A program made the translations under genes and the position numbers. Source: Takakia lepidozioides (lineage: Eukaryota; Plantae; Bryophyta). Taken from it: DNA of 64,000 bases. Location: assembly GCA_030704615.1 (NCBI GenBank), contig CM060733.1, positions 10,230,001 through 10,294,000 on the forward strand. Direction: 5' to 3'. Under the pieces are notes generated by a model. It saw only the letters and a program-made list of their open reading frames with translations, was not told the DNA's origin and made no database searches. Of the stretch, positions 38,357 to 50,389 are shown one piece after another (position 1 is the first letter of the stretch; each line of letters begins with the position of its first letter).

Positions 38357-38985
38357 CAGGCCCGCGGGCCTGCTTGCGTACGCCAGTGTGCCCCGATTTC
38401 CTGAACGGCACAGCCTCTCTTCAATTCACTGTAACTCTCTCTTTCCCTACCCCTCCGCCTCAAGCACACCTCGCTCCCTCTAGACGTCTCGCTCCCTCTC
38501 TCAAATCCCTTCAACTAAGAAATCTTTGTTTCACAGAAGCTGACACTGACAGACCTGATGAAAAATGCTTGGTGCACGAAAACCCTAGAATGGCCGTGCA
38601 TTATAATGTGCTTGTTTCCTTGTGTCCAACAAGAAGATCTGTGAAGAAATCCATCGCCTTCGCAATCCCCACACGAGACGACAGCAGAGCAGACACACCA
38701 ACAACAGTTGAGTAATTTACTATAGCTTCTGTTTTCGTCGCTGGTTGAGCAGCTTACTATAGCTTTTGTTTTTTTCTCTAACTGAGTAGTTTACTATAAC
38801 TTTTTGTTTTCTTCTCTTGTTTCTTGTTCCCTCCCCCCCTTTTTGGGAACTTCACATCGTATGCACGTTCACCCATTGTACATGTTGTAAATAAAGTTTT
38901 ACAGGTTTCATCAACAACATCGTCTTCCTCACAAAATGTATAATATACGCCTCACGTTAGCTCTGCCGTTAGCTCTTATGCTCAC

Positions 38986-39452
38986 GTTCCCCTCAGAGTT
39001 CCCAAAGTTCTCCAAGAGTAGGTAAGGAAAAGGAGTTCCCCTCAGAGTTCCCAAAGTTCTCCAAGAGTAGGTAAAGAAAAGGAGTTCCCCTCAGAGTTCC
39101 TCTCAGAGTTCCCAAAGTTTTCCAGAGTTAGGTAGGGAAAAGGAAGTGTGAGAGAAAGAGAGAGTTCCCCTCAGCGTTCCCAAAGTTTTCCAGAGTAAGG
39201 TAGGGAAAAGGAAGTGTGAGAGAAAGAGAGAGTTCCCCTCAGCGTTCCCAAAGTTTTCCAGAGTAAGGTAGGGAAAAGGAAGTCAGAGAGAGAGAGAGGG
39301 AGAGTTCCCCTCAGAGTTCCCAAAGTTTTCCAGAGTTAGGTAGGGAAAAGGAAGTCTGAGAGAGAGAGAGAGAGAGAGGGTTCCCCTGAGCGTTCCCAAA
39401 GTTTCCAAGAGTAGTTAGGGAAAAGGAGGTCTGAGAGAGAGAGAGAGAGAGA
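38986..39452 (+). repeat. Tandem minisatellite (~40-70-bp units) directly upstream of the prefoldin-3 ATG
   Basis: About 7 units GTTCCCCTCAG(A/C)GTTCCCAAAGTT..CCAGAGT..GGTAGGGAAAAGGA with growing (GA)n linkers. Confidence 0.9.
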
Positions 39453-39486
39453 GGAAGGGGTGTATGGTATAGAGTAGAGCGGAGCG

Positions 39487-40038
39487 ATGGCGTCGTCGTC
39501 AGAGCAGCGAGGCATACCTGCAGCGCCTTTTGTGGAGGATGTGCAATCCTTCTTGACTCAGTATCAGTCAGACGGCTCGATCGCGCTCTCTGCCCTGCAA
39601 GAGAAGCTACGGCAGTACAAATTGGCAGAGATGAAGCTGCTGGCGCAAAGAAGGGATCTTCAGGCCAAGATTCCCGACATAAAGAAGTGCTTGCAGATCG
39701 TAGGGGCGTTGATCGATAAACAGGGAACTGGCGAGTCCGTGAAGTTGGATTTCGAGTTGGTGGAGGGCATCTACTCGCAGGCGCAGTTTGAAGAGGCCAA
39801 TTCGGTGTGCCTCTGGCTTGGGGCTAATGTCATGCTGGAGTATTCATGTGATGAAGCTGTGGATCTGTTGACGCTTAACCTGGAGACTGCAAGCACGAAT
39901 TTGCAAGACATTGCTGAAGATATGCATTATTTGCGCGACCAGATCACCATCACCGAGGTCACAACTGCACGTGTGTACAACTGGGATGTGCATCAACGTC
40001 GGAGACAGCGATTGCTGAAGACCGATGATACATCTTAA
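39487..40038 (+). CDS. PFD3: Prefoldin subunit 3 (VBP1), intronless
   Basis: RGIPAAPFVEDV, KIPDIKKCL, FELVEGIYSQA, VCLWLGANVMLEYS, LRDQITITEVTTARVYNWDV; single 183-aa ORF. Confidence 0.95.
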   Translation: MASSSEQRGIPAAPFVEDVQSFLTQYQSDGSIALSALQEKLRQYKLAEMKLLAQRRDLQAKIPDIKKCLQIVGALIDKQGTGESVKLDFELVEGIYSQAQFEEANSVCLWLGANVMLEYSCDEAVDLLTLNLETASTNLQDIAEDMHYLRDQITITEVTTARVYNWDVHQRRRQRLLKTDDTS

Positions 40039-40499
40039 CTATCTTGTGCCCCTCATTTCGAGCAGTGAATGCCTCTCGACTTATTATCCTCCTTCTCTTT
40101 CTGTTCATATTCTCTTGTGAGATTGGAGGAGTCATGTTATTGTGACCTCTCTCCGCTATAGAGGCTAAGCAGACAACAGCATACAGGAAGATGCAAATCT
40201 TGTTCAATTCTTGACACGCCCGGTCCCACCATGTGCGGGAAACGGTTTTGACTTAGATTGTAATTATTCTGCGAGAAGGTGTTGTACAGTATCCATGTGC
40301 CGATCGTCACGTTCAAACATGTCAACCCTGACTAGGGAAGCTATATAGTGATCCCAGGATCAAAAGAGCATTTCAGAGTGGAGGCTGAAGTCCATATGGT
40401 GCACCCACTGTTCAAGCAGGCGCTCCTTGGACAAAAGACCAGTTACGTATAACTGAAAGCTCCATTTGCCCTTCACAAACTGAAGAGTCCAGAGCATGA

Positions 40500-42820
40500 T
40501 TGTCATTGGTATTCAACCAAGGTGGTTATATGAAACCATCAAGTGCTTGATTCTTCAATTCTAATGTAAGGGTGGTTATATTTTCACATATGCATGAACA
40601 GAAGAAACCAATGTTCATACCAAAGGAGCACCAAAGATGTTGGATGTCTCCACCTCCCAAAGGGAATAGAAACAAGTGTGGCACAGAGGCCTCCCTCTTG
40701 GAGAGATGGATGAGATTGTGTTCTGAAGGAGGTTAACAACTTACAGGATAACTACGCTGAAGTAGCCACAGAGCTTTGGCAGCAGCAGAAATGAAGGCAA
40801 TGGCCGTGAGTGAAGGTGACAATAGTAGCTCTATGAGACCATTCACCCAACTAGAAAACTACTTGGTCGATTGATGATCGATCAATCAATTTCATAGCTT
40901 GTGACTGCCTGGTCCTTGAGACAATGTTCTGCAAGCTCTTTCCCTCTTTGCCCTACAGAGGTACTGCCAATATTTTCTGTGAACACTCCCTCTGGACATT
41001 TGCTTTCAGTATTTGCTGTTGATCAGGTCCCTTCCAGACTAGCGACCGGACAAAACACTCAAAAACAACGTTTGTCCACCGTTTCGGCCACCTCATAGAT
41101 GCCATGTCATCAAAAGTTGCGGGGAGTTGCAGGAACCCAGCGGACAAGCTTCACAGTGTTTTCACACCAAGTAAGGGGTCCACTATATCTTGTCAAACTG
41201 TCTGGTTTTTTTTCAAGGTTTCTTGTGGAGAGTATCGCACACAGCCATGGAGCCTTCGGGAAGTGATCTCCTTGCAACACTTGCTCTTCAGTTTTCCATG
41301 TTCATTATTTTAGAGGCTATGTCGAATAGACATTCTCTAGCAATAAACAACCATCTACAAACTGTATTGACCATCCTTCACAGTTTGATATTGCATTGTC
41401 TCTTCCTGCAAAAAGAAATCTTCTGATTCTGGCTTTACGCTGCTCTGGCAAAGGTAGAAAGAAGCGCGAAGAGAGCCACCGACAGGCTTCGTTAGGTTTT
41501 GTCCAGTGGAGAAGATTTGGGGCCTGCTACTACCTGGCCCCAAATTTGCTTTGCTTTTTCAGCTGAGGTGGCAAAATTGGAGCGATGACCAGTACATTCC
41601 AGACTCTCCTCTTCAGTGGACAAAGCCAAGTCTGAAAGCGTGTAGCGGACAAAATCCGGTTTTTAACCAATCAGAGTGCTAAGTTCGTTTTGTCCGGTCA
41701 CTAGTCTGGAACGGCCAGTATCCAAAACCACCATGAATTTTCACGCGATAGAAAACTTCGCTTCGTTGGATTTTGAAGTGCCCCATAGTACAGTACAAAT
41801 TCTGGGAAGGTTCTTCCAACCATCCATCCCTGCTATGCTGCCAACAGACAGGGAAAGAAAAAGTGAGAAGGTTGAGTGTCAGAGCTTCTTGAGACAGATG
41901 AGGGGTTGGGAAAATTGAAGCCAAAAGAAACAAAAACTGCCAGATCTTGACCATCTTTACATGAAAAGGCACCACTAGAGAAATTTCAATGGCTGTTAAC
42001 TTATCACCAGTCCAGCATGCAAGGCTTGCACGGGAGTCAAAGAGACCAACATTCCATCAAATCCACGCCCTTCTTGAAGCTAACATGTCCATTTTCTGAT
42101 GAATTCAGGGCAGTAAATGGAAAGCATTCCCCTTTCCAACTTGGGTGGATCTTTGATGCTTGACAAAGGGCTGGGCCACTACCCTGGCCATGTCAGCACT
42201 ATGTCGAATTGACGCAGTCAATACAACATTAACCTCGGCCATCAGCAGCCTAGACAGTAACCGTCACTGGCAACAGCTTGATTACAGTCCCTGGCTGGTT
42301 GGGGGCAGGAATTACTGGAAAATATTGGCGATCTATCTGTGTCAAGAGCCTCAGTTGCCACCAGGCATTAGCATTCATGGGCAGGGTGACAGACCATGTA
42401 ATTCTGGTTGCTCCTATGATTCCGTGATGGTTACATAGCCTGCTCCTCACCTTTGTGTCTCAGATAATGCCAGCCAGCTTACTTCCTCTGCTTCTTCCTT
42501 GAATAGTACCTCCCTCCAGACAAAACAATGTTGTTTCCCTTCGAGGATCCAAAACAGCTGTATGCTTGCTCTGAAGGGATCCCCCCAGTGTGCACTGCCT
42601 AACCATATTGCCATGGGAGTGCTGCTGGTTAACTTCACACATTTGTGAGGCTCTGACCATTCTCTACTCGAGCATCCTTCAACTATGCAAAACAAGAAGA
42701 CATCGTTTGCCTGTAACATCCCAGAGGTGTTGAGTGATCCAATTTTCATATTTAACATTGGCCAGTCAGATACAAAATTATCTGATTTGGCATAGAGTAG
42801 AATCCCTCTGTCCAACATCA
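40500..42820 (-). mobile_element. Highly degraded L1-type LINE ORF2 remnant
   Basis: Minus-strand HFKIQRSEVFYRVKIHGGFG (post-RT K..GGLG-like motif) and a C..C..E-like piece near 40650; many stops. Confidence 0.45.
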
Positions 42821-43238
42821 GTAATTTCAGTCATATACTACAAGAACTAAATGGCATGGAGTAGGAGCTAAACACCCTTGGACTGAAATTCCAAACTTCT
42901 TGCTGTTAGAAGGATCTGTACAAATCACAATTTCACAAGCTGCGGCAGAAGTAGGGCCATGCACTAGATAGCAGGACCTTTTGCGGCACAACACAATCAC
43001 AATGGGGAGAGGGATATGTTACTGTACTCTCCCACCCAATACCTCCACACATTACTCCATGTGCCAATCATATCTAGGACCAGCAAAGGACATCCTGTCT
43101 CTATGTGGAATTTTATCCTGAGTTGTTGATGCCTTTTGTGGAGAGCATGCTTTACAAATAAAGTATTCGCCAAAATGACCCGACTGGAATCACTCCCAGT
43201 CTCGCTTCACTTGTGGGCCTAAGAATGTTATATGCTCA

Positions 43239-44217
43239 CTAACCATCTTCTTGAGCAAGTTTGTTGATCAAAGCTGCAAAAAGCTCATCCCTCTTCTCTG
43301 CGCGCGCTTCTTCTCTTGCCCGTCTCTGTTCTTCACGCTCCCGCCAAGCATGTTCTCTGACAATGCGCTCCTGTTCAAGATTTTCCATGGCATCTCTCCA
43401 CTCCTGTTCTCGCATTCGCCGATCTTGCTCCCTCCTCTCCACGGAGTCGCGCCATTGCTCCTCCACTCTTTGTTGCTGCAGGAAAAAGTCCTCTAAAACT
43501 TCCTGCATGCTGTTGGCTCGATACTTATCTGCAGTCACCCTCTGCCTTTCCTTGTCAGGTTTGCGTTTTTTGCGACGAACAAGACGTTCGTCTTCACTGT
43601 CGTCCTCATCGTTGTCTTCATCATCAGTGTCCTCATCCGAAAACTTTTGCTTCCCACGTTTTGCTTTCTTCTTTGGCCTCGATCCTGCCTCCGACTCCAG
43701 CAAAAGCCTATCCATATTCTTGGCGCGCTCTTTAAATATTGCATCAAGCTCCTCGAAGAAAGGGCATTGCCGACCGTTGTCAGGCTCAGTAGTCTCCTTC
43801 CCCTGCGTACATGGGCACCAGCAAACACCCAAATTCACAAACGGACTCCAAACACAACGAAAGCATAATCATCACCTATCAGTGCTGCAGCTAAGCGAAG
43901 AGGAGCAGGACCTTGTATCGGTTGACCAGGTTCTTCCATTTACATTTACACTGGTCAGCACTTCTTCGGAAGCCCTTCTCCTTCATTTTCCCGGCAATGA
44001 GTTCCCACAGAGTCTTATTGCGTTTGGTCTGAGTGAAGTCCTTCTCAAGCTCTGCCCGGACAGCAATAAACTCCTTAGTCTCATGATAGCCCCACTGTGG
44101 AATGCGATCTTCTTTTCTGCGGCTCTCCGTGGTCAGTGACCCCATCTCCGCCATGTCCGTTCCATCTGGAGAAGGTTGCAGGGGGAATGCTGTCATCACG
44201 GCCAGATTTTCCTCCAT
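43239..44217 (-). CDS. Trihelix transcription factor GT-3-like, copy B; exons 43912-44217 and 43239-43802
   Basis: Near-identical protein to copy A, same intron position, intact ORF. Confidence 0.93.
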
Positions 44218-45395
44218 CAGGCCGGGTGGTCTCCTTGCATACGCCAGAGCGCCCTATTTCCAGTTCAGTGGAAATCTTCCTCTCTAGGTCTGTTTCTTAC
44301 TAGCAGGATTCTTTCCGATCTCTCTCTCTCCCTCTCGCAATTACCTCCACCATGATTGTTTGCTTCACAGAAGCTTGACTGAGACATTGGTGGACGAAAA
44401 CTGAGCAGCCCAGTTTATCGTCCGGTGGCATATTTTTTTGTTTGTTTGACAGCACTGCAACATCACCATCTGTCCGGCTGAACCCTTTTCTCTCTCCCTT
44501 GTACACCCTTGTGCGGTGTAAGTAACGCACAGCCATTGCATCACACACAGTTCATCTTACTCACGTAGAGATGCATCTCTTAACAGTAGGCAATGCAGAC
44601 GCTGGGGTTGAAGCAATACAAGCAGCTTTTTGGAGTAGTTAAGCGAATCTCATGGTCTAATGCAATGCAAAGCTGTGACACATCAGAAAACAAGGTCTCA
44701 AGAAATGCCCAGCTAACATTCATATGATTCCTGTGTATGCAAGTGGTGGAAGGTTAACTGTTCCGTGTTACACATTGGTCTGCCACCCCTAGGGTAGCAA
44801 TGAAAGCCTCAAGAATGCATAAATGAGGACATTAGCTTGCTCTGCACAACTCATAATCTTGTAATGTGGACATTTGCCTTTATCATTAATCTTCAATGGC
44901 AGGCTCTACTCATGTACTCACAAAATGGTTTCCAGCAGCCACTTCACTATCTAGGTTGAAGGATTCAAGTCCATCAGCCTCCATATCAACGAAGTGCAAA
45001 GTCTTCAGAAGCAACTGGGTGCTTGCCTGACTGAGCAGCTGCTGCTCTCACATACTCAATTTCCAGCACAGAGTCCCCCAAGTCCCCTTAGATCCATAAC
45101 CAGGAAGTGGAGCTCTCTGCAGCTCTATTGAGAAAGCTATCAAGTACACATTTAGGCTGCTGCCCTCCCCACAATGCTGGAGCTACAAACAGATCAAGTT
45201 TCTAAGGTGAGTCGCATTCAAGGATGAAAGGCACCCTGAACATGGCCTTCCTCACTTCAGAGGAGGCTCATTGACACCCAACCAGGCTGGTATTTTCTTT
45301 TTGATGATGTCTGTAGAGGAGCAACTGCATGTTTCTCAGACCATAATCCTCCAATAAGGGACTTTCTGGTGCAAAGATACCAAATATTCGAAATC

Positions 45396-48300
45396 TCAAT
45401 CCTGCTCCTTACAGCGAGGGCATTCACAAACAAAACCATAGGCATCCTCCAGCACACTACGCCGCACGTCCCATGGCATGCTTGCATCTATGTAGGTAAT
45501 CCGGAGCTCTTCACCTACAATACAGCCAACTGGCCTTTTTGTAAGACCTATCAAGAAACTTGCCCACAGATATGTCACTACTTGCAATGTGGGTAAAGAG
45601 CAAACAATACCACGAGTTGGAAGACTGGGCTTTTCATGCTTGTATTAACGGCTTAGTATATCTTGCAGCGTTTGTTCGCTCGGTAATAGACATTCCAATT
45701 GGTCACCCTCATGTAGGATCAGGGACCTTACATCACAGGGTTGGATGTTTCCATTCCAATGAAATGAGACCCTTCCAATATAATGCGAGAAAACACCTAA
45801 ATGTTAGTGCAGCAAACACAGTTACTTTCAAACCAATGAGAGAGTCCACAACCTTTTTTGCCCGTTGGACTTTTTGAGGATCAAAGGATGTGTAACTGAG
45901 TTGTTCCTCTTTACAAGAGGTGTACCGTACCTGCCATGATGCTTCGACGAGCCACCAAGTTTGCAGTCACATTGTTGGGCCACACAATGTTTACATTTGG
46001 GTCTGTCAGTCAACACACCACCAGTCACATATTATGCAATAACCCAAACGCTTTGACAAGTACCCCACTGGACAGCGACAAGCTGACACGTCAGTCTCAT
46101 GGTTTGTTTCCACTCTAAGAGTCACCATTATGCCATCAAGAGTTTTTTTGACTGATTGTATTCAATTGCAGTAAAGATATGGTCAACTGTAACCCTTGCT
46201 GCCTCTGAGAATGGATATTGCAAGAGTCATACATCTGACATTTCAAATGAGTGATGTGGTGCAGCAGTTAACTGCACAGCAGAAACACAAGTCTTTTAAG
46301 ACCCAGTGACCTTAGCCAGTCAGAGAGAGAGAGAGAGAAGGATGACACTGGTGAAGCCAGTATAACTAGGACCATAGCAAGGCATGCAAATAACCTACTG
46401 AAGATAATTTGTAGGCCTGCAGCCACCACCGAAAGCCCAGCTCTCTCAGGGTGATAAAGATGGTTTTGGCAAGGAAAGAAAAGTATACCACAGTCATGGT
46501 TGTACATGGAAGGCAGCACATAGATGGCTGTACCCACTATGCCTTCACCTGCGACAGATGCTGCTGCTGCTGCCAGCAGATCTCTGCTGTCCTGCTCATG
46601 TATCCTCTCAACTCGGAAAGCATTTAAGTGTAGCCGCGAAATTACCCCCGCATACCATTCATCTGTCAAAACTTAGGATTTGTCAAAGAACAGAACATTC
46701 ATTTGAAGAAAGAAGACAAAGTAACAAACACAACAGCCATGCCGCTATCGTCAGAGAGGTATGACAAAAAGCACACTGATCTCAGTGAGATCGGAGTCTG
46801 GCACTCCTGCTGGAATGCCTAGCCTACTGACAGTGCATCGTGTATCAATAACAAACCTTTTAAATCCTTAAGAGAAGGGAAGTAACTTTTTAGAAAAAAT
46901 TGAGTACATGAAAGAGGATACAATCCAAGCTCTGTGGTTGTGCAGATTTCGATTGCAGGGCTTTCAATAAGATCTGCCTCTCATTCCTCCACTGTGATTT
47001 TTCAGAGAAAATGAACATTGATCAGAAATTTACCTGAGTTTCAGACTTGGTGAAACTGAACTGAAACACCTACATACAACCATAATTATCAGGACACCCA
47101 TGGGATTCTACACGTATTTATCACAAAAATTACAAAGGAAAGCAGTACTTACTATTGCAGGAATACCCAGAGGGAGTCTAACATAGCTGAGAATGTCCAG
47201 CACATGTGGTGAAGCTGCTGCTGATGCCACCATACATGCAAGGCGCTTTGCTACCAAAGGGAATCGAAGGCAATGTGCCCTGTCACAAGTCAGCAAGACA
47301 CCAGCTAGCCACAATTATTTATAACCACAGAAACTCCTATTTCCAACTCGCAGACTATCAAGCAAACTGCAGGTTCCATTTGCAACGTGAGAGGAGAATA
47401 TACAACAGCACCAGCAGTCTGATCCCCTTCTCTTACTTGCCTATGGCCAACCCGGCACTAATAGGACTGGGCACAATACAATTGTGCTGTACAGTATTGC
47501 CAATAGAGTCTTTACCATCCGATATTCACTTGCTAGACAATGATTTTGTCCAATGAGAATTATGACATTCTTTGAGATTGATAAGCAATTAAACAACTAA
47601 GAGATATTACATATGAATTATCAACCAAATATCACAGCAGCACCTAGCAAGAAAACCAATCACCTCCTTGTTGCAGCTTCTCAGAATATTAATTTACAAA
47701 ACGATCATATAGGAATTCTTTCAACCTCTGCTCTAGTTCATACCTGCAGTGCATGTGCAGATCCGACCAATCAGCTTGTTTCTCAAGGCTGTAAAACACC
47801 TGCACCTCTATACAATTTGCACGTAACAAATATTAATGGCCATAACAGAGATCCTCTTGAGCATGCATAGCAAGCTCATACAGCAATGGAGAACTTCACA
47901 CACTTTGTTTCAATAGTTCAATGCACCACTGAAGCGCTTCTCGGAATCAAACCACTGTGTACCTGGGTAGGTTTGAACTATTCAAAAAACGCATAAAATC
48001 TGCACATTCCTTAAAAGAATGGGTTCTTACTCATCCACATGCTTACAGACCTCTGCCGAATCCTCACAGCTCTTGCTGCAGAAAATGGCTGAGCATCTAT
48101 CCACATTTTCATCCTCTGTACTTCCATGTGATGGTTTCTTATGAACGTCTGCATGCCTTTCTGTGAAGAGACCAGTCATATCAATTGGTCTTTGGATCCC
48201 TCTCAAACAGAAGTAACAGGCCTGCATCCAAAGACTTGAGCCTTTCAGCATAAACCAAACACAGATGTAGAACCTGCATGCTACAAGAGATGTTTCTTTT

Positions 48301-49539
48301 GTGCACAAGTGAGAAAAGTGGAAAGGGATGAAAGAGTAAGTAGAACCTTGTGCAGAGAGGTCAGAGAGGGATGGGCCACTATGGGGTCCGCAGTATGAAT
48401 GACCTCACCGTCTGCAATATCTCTTGTGGCAAACACACCACGACCTGCACCTTGCGTATATCCAACTCGAATTCGTACAGCTGCCAATGCCAAACATTCA
48501 TCAACATCACTGGAGAAATTTCCAATAGTTACATCTCTATCCTTTGACAACACAGGCATCCCTATAAATGCCAAAAGATCATGAAAAAGAAAAGTTCTGT
48601 GCTGTATTGTCTTCAGAACATGCTGGCTATTCCCACAGGACACAGTTACCTCTGATAGACCATGCTGTGCATGCCATTGTCAAGTTGCTTCAGTAAATAA
48701 GTCTTTTCCCATGCTCCAAAGTCTCTCTCTTCTTGTAGTGAGGATCCAAGAACTCAGACTTTAGCAATAACTTTCTACAGCCCAAAACCCATAAAAGGTA
48801 TTGCAAGTGCTGTCAACAGCATCACGAAACCTTGAACTGTGAATCAGCGTAAACCCCAGCACTCGTTATAATGCATTTTCATCTATAACTTTATAGAGTT
48901 GGATCTAAGCTGCGATTCTGATCATCATCGTTACTTTCCCAGAAGGATGCCACGTAGCAGCAGCTCTTCTATTAACCAATTGTCGATGTGTTTCATTAAC
49001 AGTGAAATCATGTGGTTTACTACAGGTAAGCCTCTCCTCGCTGCTTCATCGACTCTGCAACTTGTCAGGGATGGTTTGAAGCTTCTCGCTGTCATACGAG
49101 ATAGGAGAGGTGGATCGACATCATAATACATCAACTTCCGGCTCAGCCCATTGCAATACAATACCTTTGAAAGCTGAGAAGGACGCACAATACATCCAAA
49201 TTAGGCATTTACACTCTTTGAGAGATGCCCCTCATCAATGACCCTTTTACCACCGTTGCATTTCCACAGCGCTGCAAGAAACCATACTAGCCTGCTACCT
49301 TCGCCAATCTCATGGGCTTGCTCCACACTCCGTTCAGAAGGGCAATGCGGGGCATGGTCAGGCCTATACAGAAGAAACATGGTGTACAGACGCATCCCCA
49401 ACCTCAGTTCCTTTAATGTGCTCTCCATCCTCACGAACACTACCGAAACGGACGCAAGGGCCACACAAAAGATGGGAAACGAACCCTGCAGGGTAGAGTG
49501 AAAGCGTAATCCTCGGCCCAACGCATGAGCAGCTGCCAT
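45396..49539 (-). CDS. ATXR4: SET-domain methyltransferase ATXR4/SDG38-like (multi-exon; first exon tentative)
   Basis: IRVGYTQGAGRGVFATRDI..IHTADPIVAHPS, CYFCLR, RFPLVAKRLACMV, FLTDEWY..SRLHLNAFRVE, GTAIYVLPSMYNHDC, GEELRITYIDASM..YGFVCECPRC. Confidence 0.88.
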
Positions 49540-50389
49540 GGCCTCCCTCCCCTTCCCTAAACTCTTCAGCTGCCCAACAGGCGCGCTACATTCCTTCTAC
49601 CTGCCGCAACACTGCAGAATCTCCTCATCATTGTCGGTACAGAGATCTCTCATCATTCTACTGAAAACTTGCCCATCACATCTCTCGCTGCCAGCGACAT
49701 GCTCATCCGAGATTCCAGAATCCGGATTCTGGGTCCCCTTGCCAACACCCACGTCCATATCCCTATGGATTTCATAACCCAACAAAGCGTCCTACCCTTC
49801 GAAGAAAGTTTGAACCTTTGCGCGGGTGTACTTACAGCCAACCCAAAATCTCATTCCATCTCGATTCTCTCCCTACAAATTGTTTTACTCGAGAAGTGAA
49901 GAAGCAAAAGATTTGCAAGCGTGGCAGTGAAAGGCATGCACGCAATTCATTCCTGATTTATAAATAGTGCGAGAAGAATGCAAGCAACGTAGACAGCCCT
50001 GTGTGCGATTGCCACGTTGGAAAGCGCGGGCACTGCAGTCAACAGCAGCGAGATAGGCTACAGTGCAGAGGCTGGCCGCTGCACCTTCCTAGTGTCCTCC
50101 CATTGTCATCTTGCAGGCTGCTCTACAGGAATTCTGTAGTCCGTGGGAGGAGAGCTCCACGGAGGTCTTGACACTCGCAATCCCTCGCCACTTGGTTGAG
50201 GAGAGGGGAGAATCATGGCTCTACTGTCAGTAGGATGAGAGTGGTGTTGGTCGTGGACTAGGTTGTCTTGTGCATTGGCCGGGACATACCTTTGTCAGAT
50301 GCTAGGGTGCCCAGTTACAGGTAGCGGGCGGGTGGAGTCTGCGATTATCCCTCGCCTTGCGCTGCTGTGGAGGAAAGCTAAATTTGATA

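Noticed and set aside
48729-48743. TCTTGTAGTG as right CACTA TIR matching 14771
   Set aside because: No TSD match (AGG vs ATG), no subterminal repeats, and it lies in an ATXR4 intron
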